The notes under the pieces are model-generated. The model saw nothing but the letters and a program-made list of their open reading frames with translations. It was not told the DNA's origin and did not search any database. Made by a program: the position numbers and the translations under genes. A stretch of 63,814 nt of DNA, the filler included, from Octopus bimaculoides (taxonomy: Eukaryota), in the NCBI RefSeq assembly GCF_001194135.2. It is 5 parts of 5 records of this genome, joined end to end, with 100 filler letters (N's around TTAATTAATTAA, not from the genome) between each part and the next. Parts side by side here need not be neighbours in the genome. Positions count along the whole stretch, not along the records: positions 57,971 to 63,814 come from NW_026378464.1; 4 more parts are not named here. One strand, written 5' to 3'. Positions 60,865 through 63,814 of this stretch are shown one piece after another; the stretch's first letter is position 1; each line of letters begins with the position of its first letter.

Positions 60865-63590
60865 TTCACCTACCAGTCTGGTGGACACACTAGTCAAATT
60901 GACCACATCTTTGCCAGGAAACGGGAAAGAGGGCGGCTTATAAATGCCAAAACCTTTCCAGGTGAAGAATGCATCCCGCAACATAGATTAGCGACTTCAG
61001 GATCAGTACTAAGTGGATGCCCAGAAGACAACCAGCATGGAAAAGAAGGGTCTGGAAGCTTAAGGATCCTGTGAATGGACAGAGATTTAGACATGTATTA
61101 CTCAAAGCTTTTGATAAAACAGAGGACGATATAGCATTACATGACGTAGAAGACAACTGGAGGTTCTTACGAGACAACCTGTTGAGGGCTACTGACCAAA
61201 TCTGTGGATGGTGCAAAGTCCCCTCTTGACCCAAGGTAACGTGGTGGTGGAACAATGTAGTTGACAGGGCTATTAGGGAAAAGAAACAGGCATGGAAGGA
61301 TGGTGGTAGCAGGGAACCGTACCAGATTGCCAGAAGGGAAGCTAGGAGACAGGTTTACTTAGCCAGAGGGGAAGCAGATAAGAAAAAATTTGCCAATGTT
61401 CTGTGCCATGAGTTATTTTGTGTTGCAAGACAGTGTGTGAGAGAGAATCGTGATGTCATAGGGGAGAAATGTGTCTGCATTTAATGAGGCTGCAAAGAGA
61501 AAGGTTTGGAGACACCACTATGAGAGGTTGCTAAATGAGGAGAATGAATGGGAGAAAGTGAGTCTGCTGAATGTTGACTCAACAGAGCGACCAGCTATCT
61601 GAATTGACAGTACTTTCGTAGATAAAGTAATTAAGGGTATGAAGACATGGAAAGTGCCTGGCCCATTAGGAAACTAGGGATAAATGAGTAGTTAGTGAGA
61701 GCTGTACAAGCCATGTAGAGGGATACTGTCAGTAAAGTGAGGGTTGGCAATGTTAGCAACGTCTTTTTTGTGGGGCCGCTTTCGTGGGGTTATGACCTGC
61801 TGTCTTTTTAGTAGGTGGATGGACCACCAGGTTTGTCTGGTATGTTATGACCTGCTGGGACTCAATGAGTGGATGCGCTACTGTGATGCTCGTTTTGGGC
61901 ATCTGGTGTGTTTTGACCCGCTGTTTTTCGGTAGGTGGATGATGCACTGCCGGGCTTTACCTTTATGGACACTATCTTGTGGTGAAAGAACTTACATCTA
62001 TGTGGGGAGCTATGCCGGATAGGTTCGACCATGCCGGATAGGTTCGACCATGCCGGATAGGTTCGACCATGCCTGATAGGTGCCCTCTCTATGGACAAAC
62101 TAAACGTGTCCTTCTTTCCCAAAGTGGTGCCAATTTATTTGGTGGGGACCATGCAGTATATAGGTGATCCTGATAGTATAGGATATAGTGGTATAGTGAA
62201 GAATTCTGGGTAGGGGTAGGGGTCTACCAAGGAACAGTCCTCAGCCCCCTCTTATTCATCATAGTCCTCCAAGCAATAACAGGGGAATTCAAGACAGGAT
62301 GTCCCTGGGAGCTTCTCTGTGCTGATGACCTTGCTGAACTAGAGGAGAAGTTTCAGCTGTGGAAGCAAGGTCTAGAATCGAAGGGCCTTAAAGTCAACCT
62401 AGCAAAAACCAAAGTCTTAATAAGTAGGAAGGCAGACAAACCACAAATCCCTTCAGGTAGCTGGCCCTGCTCGATCAGTAGAAAAGGCTTAGGTAGAAAC
62501 TCCATAAGATGTACCCTGTGTAAGCTATGGACAGTTAAGAGGTTCAGCATTATAAAAGGAAGGCTAACTGGGAAGATAGTTTTCATGTGTGGCAAATGCT
62601 CAGGAGCAATAACCATTGAAAATGTGCAGAAAACAGCTTCTGTCACATGCCAGGGGGAAAACTAAAAGTAGTTGATAGCTTCCACTACCTAGGTGACCAA
62701 GTCAGTAGCAGGGGAGGGTGCTCTGAGAGTGTAGTTGCTAGAATGAGAATAGCCTGGGCAAAGTTCAAAGAGCTCCTATCTCTGCTGGTGACAAAGGGCC
62801 TCTCACTCAGAGTAAAAGGTAGACTGTATGATGCATGTATGCACACAGCCATGCTACATGGCAGTGAAACATGGACTGTGACTGCTGAGGACATGTGTAA
62901 GCTTGCAAGAAATGAAGCTAGTATGCTCTGCTGGATGTGTAATGTCAGTATGCATAGACGACAGAGTGTAAGTGCCCTGAGAGAAAAGTTGAACATAAGA
63001 AACATCAGATGTGGTGTGCAAGAGAGACAACTGTGCTGGTAGGGTCATGTGTTGTGTATAGATGAGGACAGCTGCATGAAAAAGTGTCACACCCTAGCAG
63101 TAGAGGGAACTTGTGGAAGAGGTAGACTCAGGAAAACCTTGGATGAGGTGGTGAGAGCATTGGGCCTCACGGAGGTGATGACGAGTGACTGAGACCTTTA
63201 GAGATATGATGTGCTTAAGAAGACTCAGCAAGCCAAGTGAGACCGTAACCATGGCCTATGCCAGTGCAGCATAACCGGCCCATTTAAGATTACCCTTCAA
63301 TCATTGGGCAATAAACTATGCTTGCGAAGACCTGTTGAATCAAGTGAAGTCATTGTCGTGGTCGATGCCAGTGCTGCCTGACTGGCCCCATGCCAGTGGC
63401 ATGGCACGTAAAAAGCACCCACTACACTCTCGGAGTGGTTAGCATTAGGAAGGGCATCCATATGTAGAAACCTTGCCCGATCAGATTGGAGCCCGGTACA
63501 GCCTTCTGGATTGTCAGTCATCAGTCAAACCATCCAACCCATACTAACATGGAAAGCAGATGTTAAATGGGGATGATGATGATGATGATG

Positions 63591-63592
<2 letters not shown>
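60865..63592 (+). mobile_element. 5'-truncated RTE-clade LINE (APE end, partly deleted RT, 3' UTR, (GAT)n tail)
   Basis: TYQSGGHTSQIDHI, WKLKDP, GVYQGTVLSPLLFIIVL, LLCADDL, FHYLG, LHGSETW, RGRLRKT. Stops, an RT deletion near 61670 and an insertion at 61751-62190. Confidence 0.95.
61751..62190. repeat. Unidentified ~440-bp insertion in the RTE RT, with internal repeats
   Basis: Interrupts KVRVGN|YSEEF. Three tgaccYgctg...gtggatg motifs plus a 19-nt tandem atgccggataggttcgacc (three full copies and one partial, 62012-62080). Confidence 0.75.
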
Positions 63593-63619
<27 letters not shown>

Positions 63620-63621
<2 letters not shown>

Positions 63622-63790
63622 TATTCTTTTATTCTTTTACTTGTTTCAGTCATTTGGCTGTGGCCATGCTGGAGCACCACCTTTAGTTGAACAAATCGAC
63701 TCCAGGACATTCTTTGTAAGCCTAGTACTTATTCTATCAGTTGCTTTTTGCCAAACCACTAAGTGATGGGGATGCAAACACAGACACAAA
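63620..63790 (-). mobile_element. SINE family B, 3' half
   Basis: cttttacttgtttcagtcattt...gctggagcaccacc...ctagtacttattctatc. Confidence 0.88.
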
Positions 63791-63814
63791 TAACAAATGC
63801 ATACATTTATATAT

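Noticed and set aside
61790-62080. Repeat-spacer-like pattern (possible CRISPR-like array)
   Set aside because: The motifs are degenerate, the 19-mers have no spacers, the context is eukaryotic, and there are no cas genes.

Overview
AT-rich animal genomic DNA with many N gaps and very dense di- and trinucleotide microsatellites. The repeat families (tRNA-derived and CORE-type SINEs, an RTE LINE, Penelope-like elements, a mollusc-type 5S sequence) point to a cephalopod, probably Octopus; this is an inference from recalled repeat types. Four identical 100-nt spacers (N44-TTAATTAATTAA-N44) show that the window is five artificially joined sequence blocks. No complete protein-coding gene is visible, and nearly all ORFs in the track are gap or microsatellite artefacts or antisense shadows of transposon relics. 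Recognisable content: decayed Penelope-like (RT/GIY-YIG), RTE, L1/Tx1, HERO-like and R4-like retroelements; mariner and Chapaev-like DNA transposons; foldback MITEs; four SINE families; and a 5S rRNA pseudogene. The best-supported non-obvious signal is a set of minimal type-I hammerhead ribozyme motifs at Penelope ends, with an intact-looking copy at 58194-58283. More speculative signals are a phase-compatible chain of micro-exon candidates on + (1.6-19.6 kb) and three isolated exon candidates on - (40-57 kb).
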